A DNA stretch of 64,000 nucleotides from a virus, in IMG/VR virus record IMGVR_UViG_3300003320_000492; one strand, written 5' to 3'. The notes beneath the pieces are model-generated. The model was not told where the DNA came from, did not search any database, and saw nothing but the letters and a program-made list of their open reading frames with translations. The position numbers were made by a program, and so were the translations under genes. Below are positions 25,303-33,229 of this stretch, one piece after another (positions within the stretch are counted from its first letter, which is position 1; every line of letters starts with the position of its first letter).

Positions 25303-26755
25303 AGCGCTCACCATTTAGAATGTCTAGCATAGACTGGACCGGAGTCTTGCCTTCTAGAACATAACGGAAAGTGCTCTGAGACAGACCAGAAACCAAGGTT
25401 ACATTAGTCTGTGCCGCAGTAGTTGGGACATTGGTGTTTCTCGATGCCACATTCCAGAAAACTACGTGAGGTAGTTTGAATCCGGCAGCTTCAAACTTGC
25501 GCTTAGCTGCTTCGTAATTGGTTTCATTTCTTCCACCTCTTACGGAATCGAATTCCATGTCTGAAATGATATAGATAACCGCAGGAATATCCTCGGCATC
25601 TGCACCAGCTCGCTTTGCAGTATCAAGAATCAAATCAAATACCTTCTCGATATCAGTATTGAATCCCCAATCCGCAGTGCTGATGTTACGCAACTTATCC
25701 ATCAAAGTATTTCCAACCACCTTATTAAGAGCAGGCCGCTCAGAGAAGGTAATAAAGTAATCCTTGAATGGACCAGTGTTGTGTTCAGCAAAGTACAAAG
25801 CAAGTGATGATGAAACATCAATTGCTCGTGTGCTACCTGAAATGATCTGTCCCATTGAACCTGAGGTATCGGCAACAACTAGTGCGTTGTTTCCGTTTGT
25901 GTAATCAGGAAGTGAAGCCCAGAAAGCGTTTGCTGTCTGATCCTGTCCTTTTCGAACTACATCCAAAACCTCATATGTAGCAACGGTTCCAGCATTCAAC
26001 TTAGCCTTACCGGCAACAACATTTCCAAGGAACGCATCGTAACGATTTTCATCGTGCCGCTTGAATGCCTTAGAGTGCTTGCGTCCAGCCTGTGAAGGAA
26101 GCTTTCCGTAATCGATTTCAGACCATTCGTTTTCTGACATCTTCTGCTCTAGGAGTCCGATGTACTTACGAAGTGCCACGATTCGCTTACGGTATTCCTT
26201 ATTGGATAGACCCAATTCACTAGCAAGTTGACGAGCCTTTACCCGAGAATTTGCGCTTGAAGCATTCTCAGAAGGAAGCCACTTAGCCATTAGCGAAACA
26301 GAATTTCCACGACGAACATCTAACTCGTCTAATTCGAACTGGTTCGTAACCATCTTTCGAATTGTCTCAGTTACTCCGCCGTTAAATTCGTTGTAGCCAT
26401 AAAGATCAATCACATCATCCCAGCGACCATATTCAGGAATGAATCCGATTACTTTCTCAGCCGCAGCCAAGTCAATTCGAATCAAATCCTTAAATAGCGC
26501 ACGGAACAAAGCACGCTCTCCCTGTCCACCACGAATGTCACGCAAATAGAATAGTGCTCGAATCGCTAGCTGGCGGTCTTCTTGCAGTGCCTTACGGAAC
26601 AAAGTTCGGGCACCAGGGATATCATTCCGCTTTGCACCAGCAAGAGCGAAGAAATCCAACACTGCATTTGTAGTTGTTGAGTGAGTCACTGCGCCATTTT
26701 CGGTGCGAGCATTCTTTGTACCCTGTGCCTGCAACTCTGCTAGAAATGAACCCAT
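25280..26755 (-). CDS. rsr: Ro60-related TROVE-domain protein with vWA/MIDAS domain
   Basis: 491 aa. HEAT-like N-terminal repeats (LFYLRDIRGGQGER...). C-terminal vWA with MIDAS ALVVADTSGSM. Architecture matches Ro/Rsr. Confidence 0.8.
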   Translation of the reverse strand: MGSFLAELQAQGTKNARTENGAVTHSTTTNAVLDFFALAGAKRNDIPGARTLFRKALQEDRQLAIRALFYLRDIRGGQGERALFRALFKDLIRIDLAAAEKVIGFIPEYGRWDDVIDLYGYNEFNGGVTETIRKMVTNQFELDELDVRRGNSVSLMAKWLPSENASSANSRVKARQLASELGLSNKEYRKRIVALRKYIGLLEQKMSENEWSEIDYGKLPSQAGRKHSKAFKRHDENRYDAFLGNVVAGKAKLNAGTVATYEVLDVVRKGQDQTANAFWASLPDYTNGNNALVVADTSGSMGQIISGSTRAIDVSSSLALYFAEHNTGPFKDYFITFSERPALNKVVGNTLMDKLRNISTADWGFNTDIEKVFDLILDTAKRAGADAEDIPAVIYIISDMEFDSVRGGRNETNYEAAKRKFEAAGFKLPHVVFWNVASRNTNVPTTAAQTNVTLVSGLSQSTFRYVLEGKTPVQSMLDILNGERYAQIVLE

Positions 26756-26791
26756 TTTCGCTACCTTCCAATCTTTGTCAAGATGTATGGG

Positions 26792-26980
26792 TTATTTATT
26801 TAATTGATCTAGTTCAAATTCTAGATCGTCAATTATTTCGATCAGCTTGTACATGTAAGTGATTGCACAATCTTGACAAGAAAGATTAATTTCTCCCTTG
26901 TTATTGCGATAAACGTCTACGCGTTTGCGAGCCTTAGATACCAATGTAGCTTGTTCATCGGTCAGGATTTTACTAGACAT
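26792..26980 (-). CDS. hypothetical protein
   Basis: ATG (MSSKILTDEQ) preceded by AGGTGTGG. The listed ORF starts at a GTG 9 nt upstream. Confidence 0.5.
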   Translation of the reverse strand: MSSKILTDEQATLVSKARKRVDVYRNNKGEINLSCQDCAITYMYKLIEIIDDLEFELDQLNK

Positions 26981-27112
26981 TTTCCACACCTATAGCACTT
27001 GCCATGAGAATCCATTTTCTCGTGGTGTTTATCCTTGAGATAGCATTGGGAAATCTTCTCCCAATACCAGAGAACATGATCCCAAAACATTCCTACCTCA
27101 TATTGTTTCACG

Positions 27113-27185
27113 TCGGGTATAAAGGACTCGAACCTTTCGCCTCAGCATCCCAAATGCCGCCATCTACCCCATGATCTAATACCCG
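27113..27185 (-). tRNA. tRNA-Pro(TGG): tRNA-Pro(TGG)
   Basis: Acceptor CGGGTAT/ATACCCG, anticodon arm CGGCA-TTTGGGA-TGCTG, T-arm AAAGG-TTCGAGT-CCTTT. Confidence 0.85.
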
Positions 27186-27189
27186 TTTA

Positions 27190-27255
27190 CTAGGCGCATA
27201 TTATATTGGGTTGGTTTGGATTACCAGAAATATAATAATTGCTGTTAGCGCCTAA
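27190..27255 (-). repeat. ACAGCAAT-box cassette 5
   Basis: TTTAGGCGC-TA-ACAGCAAT...(AT-rich, ends CAATATAATAT)...GCGCCTAG, then 4 nt and tRNA-Pro. Confidence 0.7.
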
Positions 27256-27346
27256 ATCTTACAACCAATCTGATTTCTTTCTCTTTCGCTGAAGCCATAA
27301 CATAAATGCTAAGACATACGAACCTAGAATTTCAATTAGTTTCACG

Positions 27347-27417
27347 CACACCGCGTAGGAATCGAACCCACTCCAAGAGGTTTGGAAGCTCTTGTGCAAC
27401 CATTACACCAGCGGCAT
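27347..27417 (-). tRNA. tRNA-Trp(CCA): tRNA-Trp(CCA)
   Basis: Acceptor ATGCCGC/GCGGTGT (2 G-U), anticodon loop TTCCAAA, T-arm GTGGG-TTCGATT-CCTAC. Confidence 0.75.
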
Positions 27418-27499
27418 ATGTGAAGGTTCCAATTCTGTAGCCCGAATTACTCCATAATGGATACGGACATGCCGTCACGTCACCTACAACCACTCAGCG

Positions 27500-27571
27500 C
27501 TGACCCCCTAGGATTCGAACCTAGATTTGCGAGATTCAAAGTCTCGTGTCCTGCCGTTAGACGAGGAGTCA
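27500..27571 (-). tRNA. tRNA-Gln(TTG): tRNA-Gln(TTG), second copy
   Basis: Acceptor TGACTCC/GGGGTCA, anticodon arm CGAGA-CTTTGAA-TCTCG, T-arm CTAGG-TTCGAAT-CCTAG. Confidence 0.8.
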
Positions 27572-27672
27572 ATCAGACAGAATGGTTTAGCTATCTGTCA
27601 GTAGCTAGAGTAACCGCGCGGTTACTCTTTCGGTCACGAATAGCTTGGCCATTGTCGTGATTCCAGACCATG

Positions 27673-27746
27673 AGCCACTAGTAGGATTCGAACCCACGAC
27701 CTATCGCTTACAAGGCGATTGCTCTGACCAACTGAGCTATAGAGGC
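27673..27746 (-). tRNA. tRNA-Thr(TGT): tRNA-Thr(TGT)
   Basis: Acceptor GCCTCTA/TAGTGGC (one U-U), D-arm GCTC-AGTTGGTCA-GAGC, anticodon arm ATCGC-CTTGTAA-GCGAT, T-arm GTGGG-TTCGAAT-CCTAC. Confidence 0.85.
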
Positions 27747-27750
27747 GAAA

Positions 27751-27818
27751 CTAGACACGGTTGGTTTCTTATAATCCAGAATATTAGGCAAGAAATAAGA
27801 ATTGCTGTACGTGTCTAA
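27751..27818 (-). repeat. ACAGCAAT-box cassette 6
   Basis: TTTAGACACG-T-ACAGCAAT...(AT-rich, GGATTATAAG)...CGTGTCTAG, then 4 nt and tRNA-Thr. Starts just after the stop of CDS 27828..28769. Confidence 0.7.
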
Positions 27819-27827
27819 AAAGCTTTG

Positions 27828-28769
27828 TTACTTAACAGGTTCTGCGTTTACAATCACACCGCTACTATTTCCCAGCAAACAAAGTCCGGGATTAGTGTGA
27901 CTCTCTTGTGCAATCTGCAAACAATATGTTTGCTTATCCACTTGAGCCTGCTTATTGGTGATATCGTTCTTCAGAGTCTGATTTGTTTTCTGCTGTTCCA
28001 AATTACGGTTCTCTAGAACAAGATTCGCGTATTCTTGAAGTGCCTGGGTAGTCTTGTCATTGTAAACAATTGTCCCGACATATAGATTTCGAATCAAGAA
28101 TTCACTTCCTGATTCTTTTAGCTTTCGATTCAATTCATCCTTATACGGACCCATGTCCGGCGGATTTACCTGTTTTGTAACTGGGTCAACATTTGCTTTT
28201 GCTAAAGGATCATGTGTACGAAACAGTGTTGTTACCAGATTGAGAAGTGTCGGATCAACTCGTCGTGCTTCCCAGTTATCACGATTACGTGCATAATCTT
28301 TGAAATCTTGTGGTGCAGTAGCCGGATTCGGAGCAAACTCAACTGAAACTGGAACCCATGCATCCTGATTACCAGCAATCTTTACGAGTAAGCCCTTACC
28401 ACTATTATCAGATCGGTGATCCCACAATTGGTAATTGGCATCCCATTGCTCAATCTTCAGCCATGGATCAATCCACTTGGCACCAGAACCAGTAACTTCG
28501 CCAGTTGGATTGTGGAATTGAGTTACGATTCCAACATTCCGAACCGGAACAGTATTGAATGAAGCATTGACTGTGAATAATGCCGCAAGAAACAGAAGCA
28601 CTGTGACACTTAGCAGCGGAATTGCCCATCCAAAGGGTTCCGTTACTTTGTCACGATTATAACTGCCTTCTGTAACAACTACCTTGTGTCGTGCAATAAA
28701 TGGACTTGCCAGCAGAATAACTAATGCAATTACTACTAACACAATCGCAAAGATGAATGACTCAGGCAT
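27828..28769 (-). CDS. SPFH/band-7 (stomatin/prohibitin-like) membrane protein
   Basis: N-terminal TM helices, then NVGIVTQFHNPTGEVTGSGAKWIDPWLKIEQWD (SPFH-like core) and a coiled C-terminus. Confidence 0.7.
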   Translation of the reverse strand: MPESFIFAIVLVVIALVILLASPFIARHKVVVTEGSYNRDKVTEPFGWAIPLLSVTVLLFLAALFTVNASFNTVPVRNVGIVTQFHNPTGEVTGSGAKWIDPWLKIEQWDANYQLWDHRSDNSGKGLLVKIAGNQDAWVPVSVEFAPNPATAPQDFKDYARNRDNWEARRVDPTLLNLVTTLFRTHDPLAKANVDPVTKQVNPPDMGPYKDELNRKLKESGSEFLIRNLYVGTIVYNDKTTQALQEYANLVLENRNLEQQKTNQTLKNDITNKQAQVDKQTYCLQIAQESHTNPGLCLLGNSSGVIVNAEPVK

Positions 28770-28797
28770 CCTTTTCCTTTATCGTTTTTATAATGCG

Positions 28798-28873
28798 TAG
28801 AGCAGACGGGGCTCGAACCCGCACAATACCAGATTGAAAGTCTGGTCACTTAGTCCAATTTGTATACTGCTCC
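28798..28873 (-). tRNA. tRNA-Glu(TTC): tRNA-Glu(TTC)
   Basis: Acceptor GGAGCAG/CTGCTCT, anticodon arm CCAGA-CTTTCAA-TCTGG, T-arm GCGGG-TTCGAGC-CCCGT. Large D-loop. Confidence 0.75.
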
Positions 28874-28874
28874 A

Positions 28875-28986
28875 GGTGAAAGGAGTCGGGCTTGTCAGTC
28901 TCCTTTCCCATTACCGACAGATAAGAGATGTATCCGGAATCATCTTATCCGAACTCACGGTGCACACTTCTCCGATGTGAGTCACC
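28875..28986 (-). ncRNA. candidate structured RNA (four-way junction spacer)
   Basis: Closing stem GGTGA/TCACC around three hairpins: ACTCAC/GTGAGT, GATAAGA/TCTTATC and GAAAGGAG/CTCCTTTC. No tRNA loop motifs. Confidence 0.3.
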
Positions 28987-28992
28987 CTTTTG

Positions 28993-29063
28993 CTGCCCAC
29001 CCTGGATTCGAACCAAGAATGAAGGATTCAGAGTCCTTAGTGTTGCCGTTACACTAATGGGCA
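28993..29063 (-). tRNA. tRNA-Gln(CTG): tRNA-Gln(CTG)
   Basis: Acceptor TGCCCAT/GTGGGCA, D-arm GTGT-AACGGCA-ACAC, anticodon arm AAGGA-CTCTGAA-TCCTT, T-arm CTTGG-TTCGAAT-CCAGG. Confidence 0.85.
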
Positions 29064-29215
29064 ATGCGAGAATGGAGATGAAAGGAATAGGAAGCTCTCA
29101 ATTCATTAGTTAGATCGCGCTAGTAGCTCTTGTCCTATTACTCGGTACTAGATCCGCCTCTTGTACTAATGCCATTCTCTGTCCACACTAGATTGCGCTA
29201 CCTAATATGGATTTG

Positions 29216-29300
29216 CGGAAGTGGTAGGATTTGAACCCACGGATCTTTCGATCTCCGGTTTTCAAGACCGGTGCACTAAACCAGACTATGCGACACTTCC
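29216..29300 (-). tRNA. tRNA-Ser(TGA): tRNA-Ser(TGA), type II
   Basis: Acceptor GGAAGTG/CACTTCC, anticodon arm CCGGT-CTTGAAA-ACCGG, long variable arm GGAGATCGAAAGATCC, T-arm GTGGG-TTCAAAT-CCTAC. Confidence 0.85.
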
Positions 29301-29304
29301 ATTA

Positions 29305-29364
29305 CTAGGCACATTACTTTATAATCTGCGAAATGATTTAGTAGTAATTGCTGTTCGTGCCTAA
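29305..29364 (-). repeat. ACAGCAAT-box cassette 7
   Basis: TTTAGGCAC-GA-ACAGCAAT...(AT-rich, AGATTATAAAG)...GTGCCTAG, then 4 nt and tRNA-Ser. Confidence 0.7.
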
Positions 29365-29513
29365 ACCTTATGATGAATGCTACGAGTCAAAAGATAGCGA
29401 TTCTTTTTCACGTAGTCTAGTCAGCTAACAGTTCACCTAGCGTACGCACCTTATTTGGTATTAGGATTCCTGATACAGCCCGCTGACATATTGCTCAGCT
29501 ACCATTCATCTAG

Positions 29514-29585
29514 AGCCGAATGTAGGATTTGAACCCACGGCCTGCTCATTACTAGTGAGCTGCTCTACCCCTGAGCTAATCCGGC
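29514..29585 (-). tRNA. tRNA-Thr(AGT): tRNA-Thr(AGT)
   Basis: Acceptor GCCGGAT/ATTCGGC, anticodon arm GCTCA-CTAGTAA-TGAGC, T-arm GTGGG-TTCAAAT-CCTAC. Confidence 0.85.
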
Positions 29586-29586
29586 G

Positions 29587-29823
29587 CTAATCTATTATCG
29601 GTTTTCCATCTAGGAATCTTTGCAGATCCCAGGCATAAACTACAAACCCATGCGGCCCGCAGTAAGTGGGCTCGTATTCATCACTAGCATAGTTATACAG
29701 TTTACCATCACACATAGCAATGGTTTGTCCGTTCATCCACTTCATAAATTCGTCGTAACGATTTCCTAGAATTCGTTCAAGTTGATTATACGGATATCCC
29801 ATAAAACATTCTTGTTTTTCCAT
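29587..29823 (-). CDS. hypothetical protein
   Basis: Start moved to the second ATG (MEKQECF...) because the listed start overlaps tRNA-Asn. Confidence 0.55.
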   Translation of the reverse strand: MEKQECFMGYPYNQLERILGNRYDEFMKWMNGQTIAMCDGKLYNYASDEYEPTYCGPHGFVVYAWDLQRFLDGKPIID

Positions 29824-29824
29824 G

Positions 29825-29898
29825 CTCACCCAATAGGACTCGAACCTATAACCTTGGAGTTAACAGCTCCCTGCTCTGCCGAATTGAGCTATGAGTGA
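29825..29898 (-). tRNA. tRNA-Asn(GTT): tRNA-Asn(GTT)
   Basis: Acceptor TCACTCA/TGGGTGA, anticodon loop CTGTTAA, T-arm ATAGG-TTCGAGT-CCTAT. Confidence 0.85.
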
Positions 29899-30030
29899 AT
29901 GGCTGGATTTTCACTTTTCTTCCCGCTTACCTCGCGTGGAGAAAACACCCGGGATTCTCAGACACGCTGTGCGGAACGCAGGTTACGAAATACCAGCTAA
30001 AGGAGAAACTGCGCGCTATACGTAGAGTCT

Positions 30031-30255
30031 TTATGTGAAAAGAGATTCACCAGGATCGATGATCAATGGTGCGTCTTGCTCGTCAATAAAACACTCATTA
30101 CAAATCACTACGTCTCCGATCAGAGTCGGACATGAGTCGTTATAGCAAATTGCACAAACCTCATGAAACATCCGACCATCTGCATCTGATGATCGAGAAT
30201 ATCCACAGTTATCGCACTCGATGATAAATGGCATGTGACCATTCCCCATTATCAT
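30031..30255 (-). CDS. Cys-rich zinc-ribbon-like protein
   Basis: CDNCGY...CAICYNDSC...CNEC. Confidence 0.55.
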   Translation of the reverse strand: MIMGNGHMPFIIECDNCGYSRSSDADGRMFHEVCAICYNDSCPTLIGDVVICNECFIDEQDAPLIIDPGESLFT

Positions 30256-30400
30256 GTTGCTTGATAAAAAGCGCTGCCACTCTTTGATCTCCTGCTTTTT
30301 CGAAAGTAGAAGTAACTAAGTAACAGTAGAATTCATCGTCAGTGATACATAGTTTAGACCATTCAGTGATCTTCACCTTGAACTGATCCCAAGTTTCCAT
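30209..30400 (-). CDS. hypothetical protein
   Basis: 63-aa ORF overlapping both neighbours. Confidence 0.45.
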   Translation of the reverse strand: METWDQFKVKITEWSKLCITDDEFYCYLVTSTFEKAGDQRVAALFIKQHDNGEWSHAIYHRVR

Positions 30401-30551
30401 CCTTATTCACTTTTCTTTTGGGAGGGGGTAAATATTGTGATGGCACATCATAGCAAACTGCTACCAAATCGCACACTTCACATTTTCCATAAGACCGGCT
30501 CATGCTTTCTGGCCAATACATTTCGATTTTACATCTCTCACAGAAAAACAT
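30363..30551 (-). CDS. Cys-rich small protein
   Basis: Start set to MFFCERCKIEMYW, preceded by AAGGAGG. The listed N-terminus overlaps tRNA-Gly. Confidence 0.55.
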   Translation of the reverse strand: MFFCERCKIEMYWPESMSRSYGKCEVCDLVAVCYDVPSQYLPPPKRKVNKDGNLGSVQGEDH

Positions 30552-30574
30552 CACAGCCTCCTTAAAAGGAAAAG

Positions 30575-30645
30575 AGCGGAAGACGGGAATCGAACCCGCG
30601 ACAAATGTTTGGAAGACACTTATGTTACCTCTACACCACATCCGC
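30575..30645 (-). tRNA. tRNA-Gly(TCC): tRNA-Gly(TCC)
   Basis: Acceptor GCGGATG/CTTCCGC (one U-U), anticodon arm AGTGT-CTTCCAA-ACATT, T-arm GCGGG-TTCGATT-CCCGT. Confidence 0.8.
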
Positions 30646-30857
30646 ATTGTGGGAACTAGACTCGGTACATTACCCTCATATCTAGAATGACGCCTAGTTC
30701 CCTAATTAGCTCATTCCTATATTTCAATAGGCTGCTAACAACAGAACTCCTATTTTCTTATAGGTCTTTACTAATTCCAGTCGCGGCGCTTTATACCCAC
30801 TGGAGCTAGTTTTATCCGGCCTTTAAGCTTTAACCGGCATCGTTCAACTAGCAAACG

Positions 30858-30929
30858 TACGCCATCGGAATTTCGAAATCCGGACCCGAGGATTAAAAGT
30901 CCCCTGCTCTGCCTCTGAGCTAATGGCGC
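30858..30929 (-). tRNA. tRNA-Lys(TTT): tRNA-Lys(TTT)
   Basis: Acceptor GCGCCAT/ATGGCGT, D-arm GCTC-AGAGGCA-GAGC, anticodon arm GGGGA-CTTTTAA-TCCTC. T region CGGAT-TTCGAAA-TTCCG is atypical at 53:61. Confidence 0.7.
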
Positions 30930-30980
30930 ATGTTCCCCCTGACCTGTACTTATAAGATTAGCAGGGGGTTGCCGTGCCAC

Positions 30981-31232
30981 TTACTGAGTGAGTGCATCAC
31001 TCAATCTTGCAAGAGCACTTTCCAGGACATACTTCAAAATCTCACCATTATCGATATCAGTTGAAGCATTGACCTGTAAATATGTACCATCTTCATCTTG
31101 ACCCAATTCGGCAGTAAGGAAAACATAGGGCTTTCCTTCTGAAATCAGACCAAGCAGTCCAGCCGCTGCCAAATCGGCCTCAGATGGCTCTTTCCGATAA
31201 GCAACTACACTTTCCGCGTCCACAGAGGACAT
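30981..31232 (-). CDS. acidic hypothetical protein
   Basis: 83-aa ORF with GGAGGTAGTA upstream of the ATG. Confidence 0.55.
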   Translation of the reverse strand: MSSVDAESVVAYRKEPSEADLAAAGLLGLISEGKPYVFLTAELGQDEDGTYLQVNASTDIDNGEILKYVLESALARLSDALTQ

Positions 31233-31270
31233 TACTACCTCCCCAATAGGGTAACATTTAATTTATTGCG

Positions 31271-31342
31271 TACGCCATGAGGGATTTGAACCCCCGACCC
31301 GAAAGTTAAGAGCTTCCTGCTCTACCGCTGAGCTAATGGCGC
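31271..31342 (-). tRNA. tRNA-Lys(CTT): tRNA-Lys(CTT)
   Basis: Acceptor GCGCCAT/ATGGCGT, anticodon arm GGAAG-CTCTTAA-CTTTC, T-arm GGGGG-TTCAAAT-CCCTC. Confidence 0.85.
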
Positions 31343-31395
31343 ATTTGATTCCGAGCAAAATCCCTGGAACATGTTCCAAGTCATTTAACCATTTG

Positions 31396-31469
31396 TTGGG
31401 GTAATAGGGATCGAACCTATGACCTCCGCTTTATCAGAACGGCACTCTAACCTACTGAGCTATACCCCA
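31396..31469 (-). tRNA. tRNA-Ile(GAT): tRNA-Ile(GAT)
   Basis: Acceptor TGGGGTA/TACCCCA, anticodon arm CCGTT-CTGATAA-AGCGG, T-arm ATAGG-TTCGATC-CCTAT. Confidence 0.85.
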
Positions 31470-31574
31470 TTGAACACCCTCAAATAGCCACACCGCCATG
31501 CTCTATTCCTATTGGGTGCCGGAACTGGCAGATTCCTTGCTAGGACTATGGATTAGCGTCCAATTCCTAAACCG

Positions 31575-31647
31575 TTGGGATAATAGGATTTGAACCTATA
31601 ACCTGCTGTTGATAAGACAGTTGCTCTGACCGTTGAGCTATATCCCA
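31575..31647 (-). tRNA. tRNA-Ile(TAT): tRNA-Ile(TAT)
   Basis: Acceptor TGGGATA/TATCCCA, anticodon arm ACTGT-CTTATCA-ACAGC, T-arm ATAGG-TTCAAAT-CCTAT. Confidence 0.8.
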
Positions 31648-31725
31648 TTGAAAGAAGATTGTAGTTTAGCGTGTCCCTACAATTACCCATTCATGCAAAT
31701 AACACATGCCGCTGGAATCTTCTCG

Positions 31726-31808
31726 TACCCGAAGAGGGAATCGAACCCTCACTCCTTGCGGAATCGGATTTTGAATCCGACGCGTCTGCCTAATTCCGCC
31801 ATCCGGGC
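31726..31808 (-). tRNA. tRNA-Leu(CAA): tRNA-Leu(CAA), type II
   Basis: Acceptor GCCCGGA/TTCGGGT, anticodon arm TCGGA-TTCAAAA-TCCGA, long variable arm, T-arm GAGGG-TTCGATT-CCCTC. Confidence 0.85.
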
Positions 31809-32010
31809 TGGAGTCGGGTGGTGTCCCCTAACCCGACATGAGGAGACTACTCTCCCGTTCCACCTTTACGTGGATTCTGTGACCCTGGCCGATGGTATCG
31901 CATATTCATGACACCGTTACCATTTCTTGCGAATCCGGTCGGAGTTTCTAGTTCCCAAGCTTTTACTCGGGCCTTCAATCCTCCGCCAGCTTTTCCATTA
32001 CCTTTTTTAT

Positions 32011-32268
32011 TCACAATCTCTCAGCCCAATCTTCAAGAGTCTCTGCTACCTGGGATATTTGCTTATTAGAAGTTCTCAAATTATCGGCCGCTAAGTCAAT
32101 AAGAGATAAAACAGGTGGAGCATCTTCTCCTAAACTTGAAGCGATATCTTTAATTTGATCACTGATCAATACGAGATCCAGTGCAAATTCGTTGAAATCA
32201 TGTGCTTTGAGTGTTAGAGCCTTAACTCGACTTTTTAATTGTTGTGCATCAGTGGAGGACACAGGCAT
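32011..32268 (-). CDS. small helical protein, family member H1
   Basis: ...SSTDAQQLKSRVK... and C-terminal ...LEDWAERL ([WY]xxx[LVI] end shared by 9 paralogs). Start ambiguous (32262-32280). Confidence 0.6.
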   Translation of the reverse strand: MPVSSTDAQQLKSRVKALTLKAHDFNEFALDLVLISDQIKDIASSLGEDAPPVLSLIDLAADNLRTSNKQISQVAETLEDWAERL

Positions 32269-32530
32269 CTGCTCCATCAATACCTACTAATTTGTATCTG
32301 TCTGCAAAAAGCAGCAGATCTGTCATTGATGCCGGGTAAATATCCTCACCACAGGAAATCATATCCGTCTCCCATATTCGAATAAGAATCTCGGAATGAG
32401 GGGCAGTTTCAGCGATTACCTGTAACCAAATAAAGGTCGGAATGCTATGACCTTCATATTTGAGTGCATCATTTAGGAAGATGCCTTCCCATTCTCCGCT
32501 ACCATCTTTTACGTGATCAATAACAAACAT
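32249..32530 (-). CDS. hypothetical protein
   Basis: Start set to MFVIDHVKDG. The listed N-terminus overlaps tRNA-Leu(TAA). Confidence 0.55.
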   Translation of the reverse strand: MFVIDHVKDGSGEWEGIFLNDALKYEGHSIPTFIWLQVIAETAPHSEILIRIWETDMISCGEDIYPASMTDLLLFADRYKLVGIDGADACVLH

Positions 32531-32531
32531 G

Positions 32532-32614
32532 TAGCCGACGTGGGATTCGAACCCACACCCCATTTCTGGGAACGGATTTTAAGTCCGTCGCGTCTGCCCT
32601 TTCGCCACCCGGCC
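32532..32614 (-). tRNA. tRNA-Leu(TAA): tRNA-Leu(TAA), type II
   Basis: Acceptor GGCCGGG/GTCGGCT (7:66 mismatch), anticodon arm ACGGA-CTTAAAA-TCCGT, T-arm GTGGG-TTCGAAT-CCCAC. Confidence 0.8.
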
Positions 32615-32615
32615 A

Positions 32616-32807
32616 TTATCTTGGAAAAATATCTGGATGATTGTATTCGTATCTACGAATCAATTCCTTTATTTTCGCTTTATCGCTAGCACCTACTGCG
32701 ATATTGCCTCTAGTTACTTGTATCCAAAATTTAGCTGCATCGTATTCTTTTTGTGTAGGCTGTTCAGAGGTATCCCAGCCTAATACAATTTCTCTTATAC
32801 TTACCAT
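32616..32807 (-). CDS. hypothetical protein
   Basis: 63-aa ORF wedged exactly between two tRNAs. Confidence 0.55.
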   Translation of the reverse strand: MVSIREIVLGWDTSEQPTQKEYDAAKFWIQVTRGNIAVGASDKAKIKELIRRYEYNHPDIFPR

Positions 32808-32808
32808 G

Positions 32809-32894
32809 CGGAACCGGTAGGATTCGAACCTACGAAGGTTTTACCCTTACTCGATTAGCAATCGAGCGCCATCGTCCACTCATGCCACGATTCC
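32809..32894 (-). tRNA. tRNA-Ser(GCT): tRNA-Ser(GCT), type II
   Basis: Acceptor GGAATCG/CGGTTCC, anticodon arm CTCGA-TTGCTAA-TCGAG, long variable arm, T-arm GTAGG-TTCGAAT-CCTAC. Confidence 0.85.
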
Positions 32895-33088
32895 AGCGCC
32901 GGGAAATGGTGTGCACTTATTACTAGGGTCAAGGTGCGGACTTTCGATGCCAACATTAAATGCAGGTCCTATACTACTTGCGCAAACTGATTCCTAGCAT
33001 TTTCCATTTCCCTAATTCCAGTACGTCGGAACCTATTCACGTCCACATCATAGTTTTTGAAAAGAGTCTAATGTGGAACTCACTCTCG

Positions 33089-33171
33089 TAGGAACGGAGA
33101 GAATCGAACTCTCACACCTTTCGGTACTGGATTCTAAGTCCAGCGCGTCTGCCTAATTCCGCCACGCTCCC
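33089..33171 (-). tRNA. tRNA-Leu(TAG): tRNA-Leu(TAG), type II
   Basis: Acceptor GGGAGCG/CGTTCCT, anticodon arm CTGGA-CTTAGAA-TCCAG, T-arm GAGAG-TTCGATT-CTCTC. Confidence 0.85.
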
Positions 33172-33229
33172 AAGGAAGGGATCACAATCGATCCCGGTAC
33201 TCTGAAATCTATTTCGCAGAAATTCAGCA

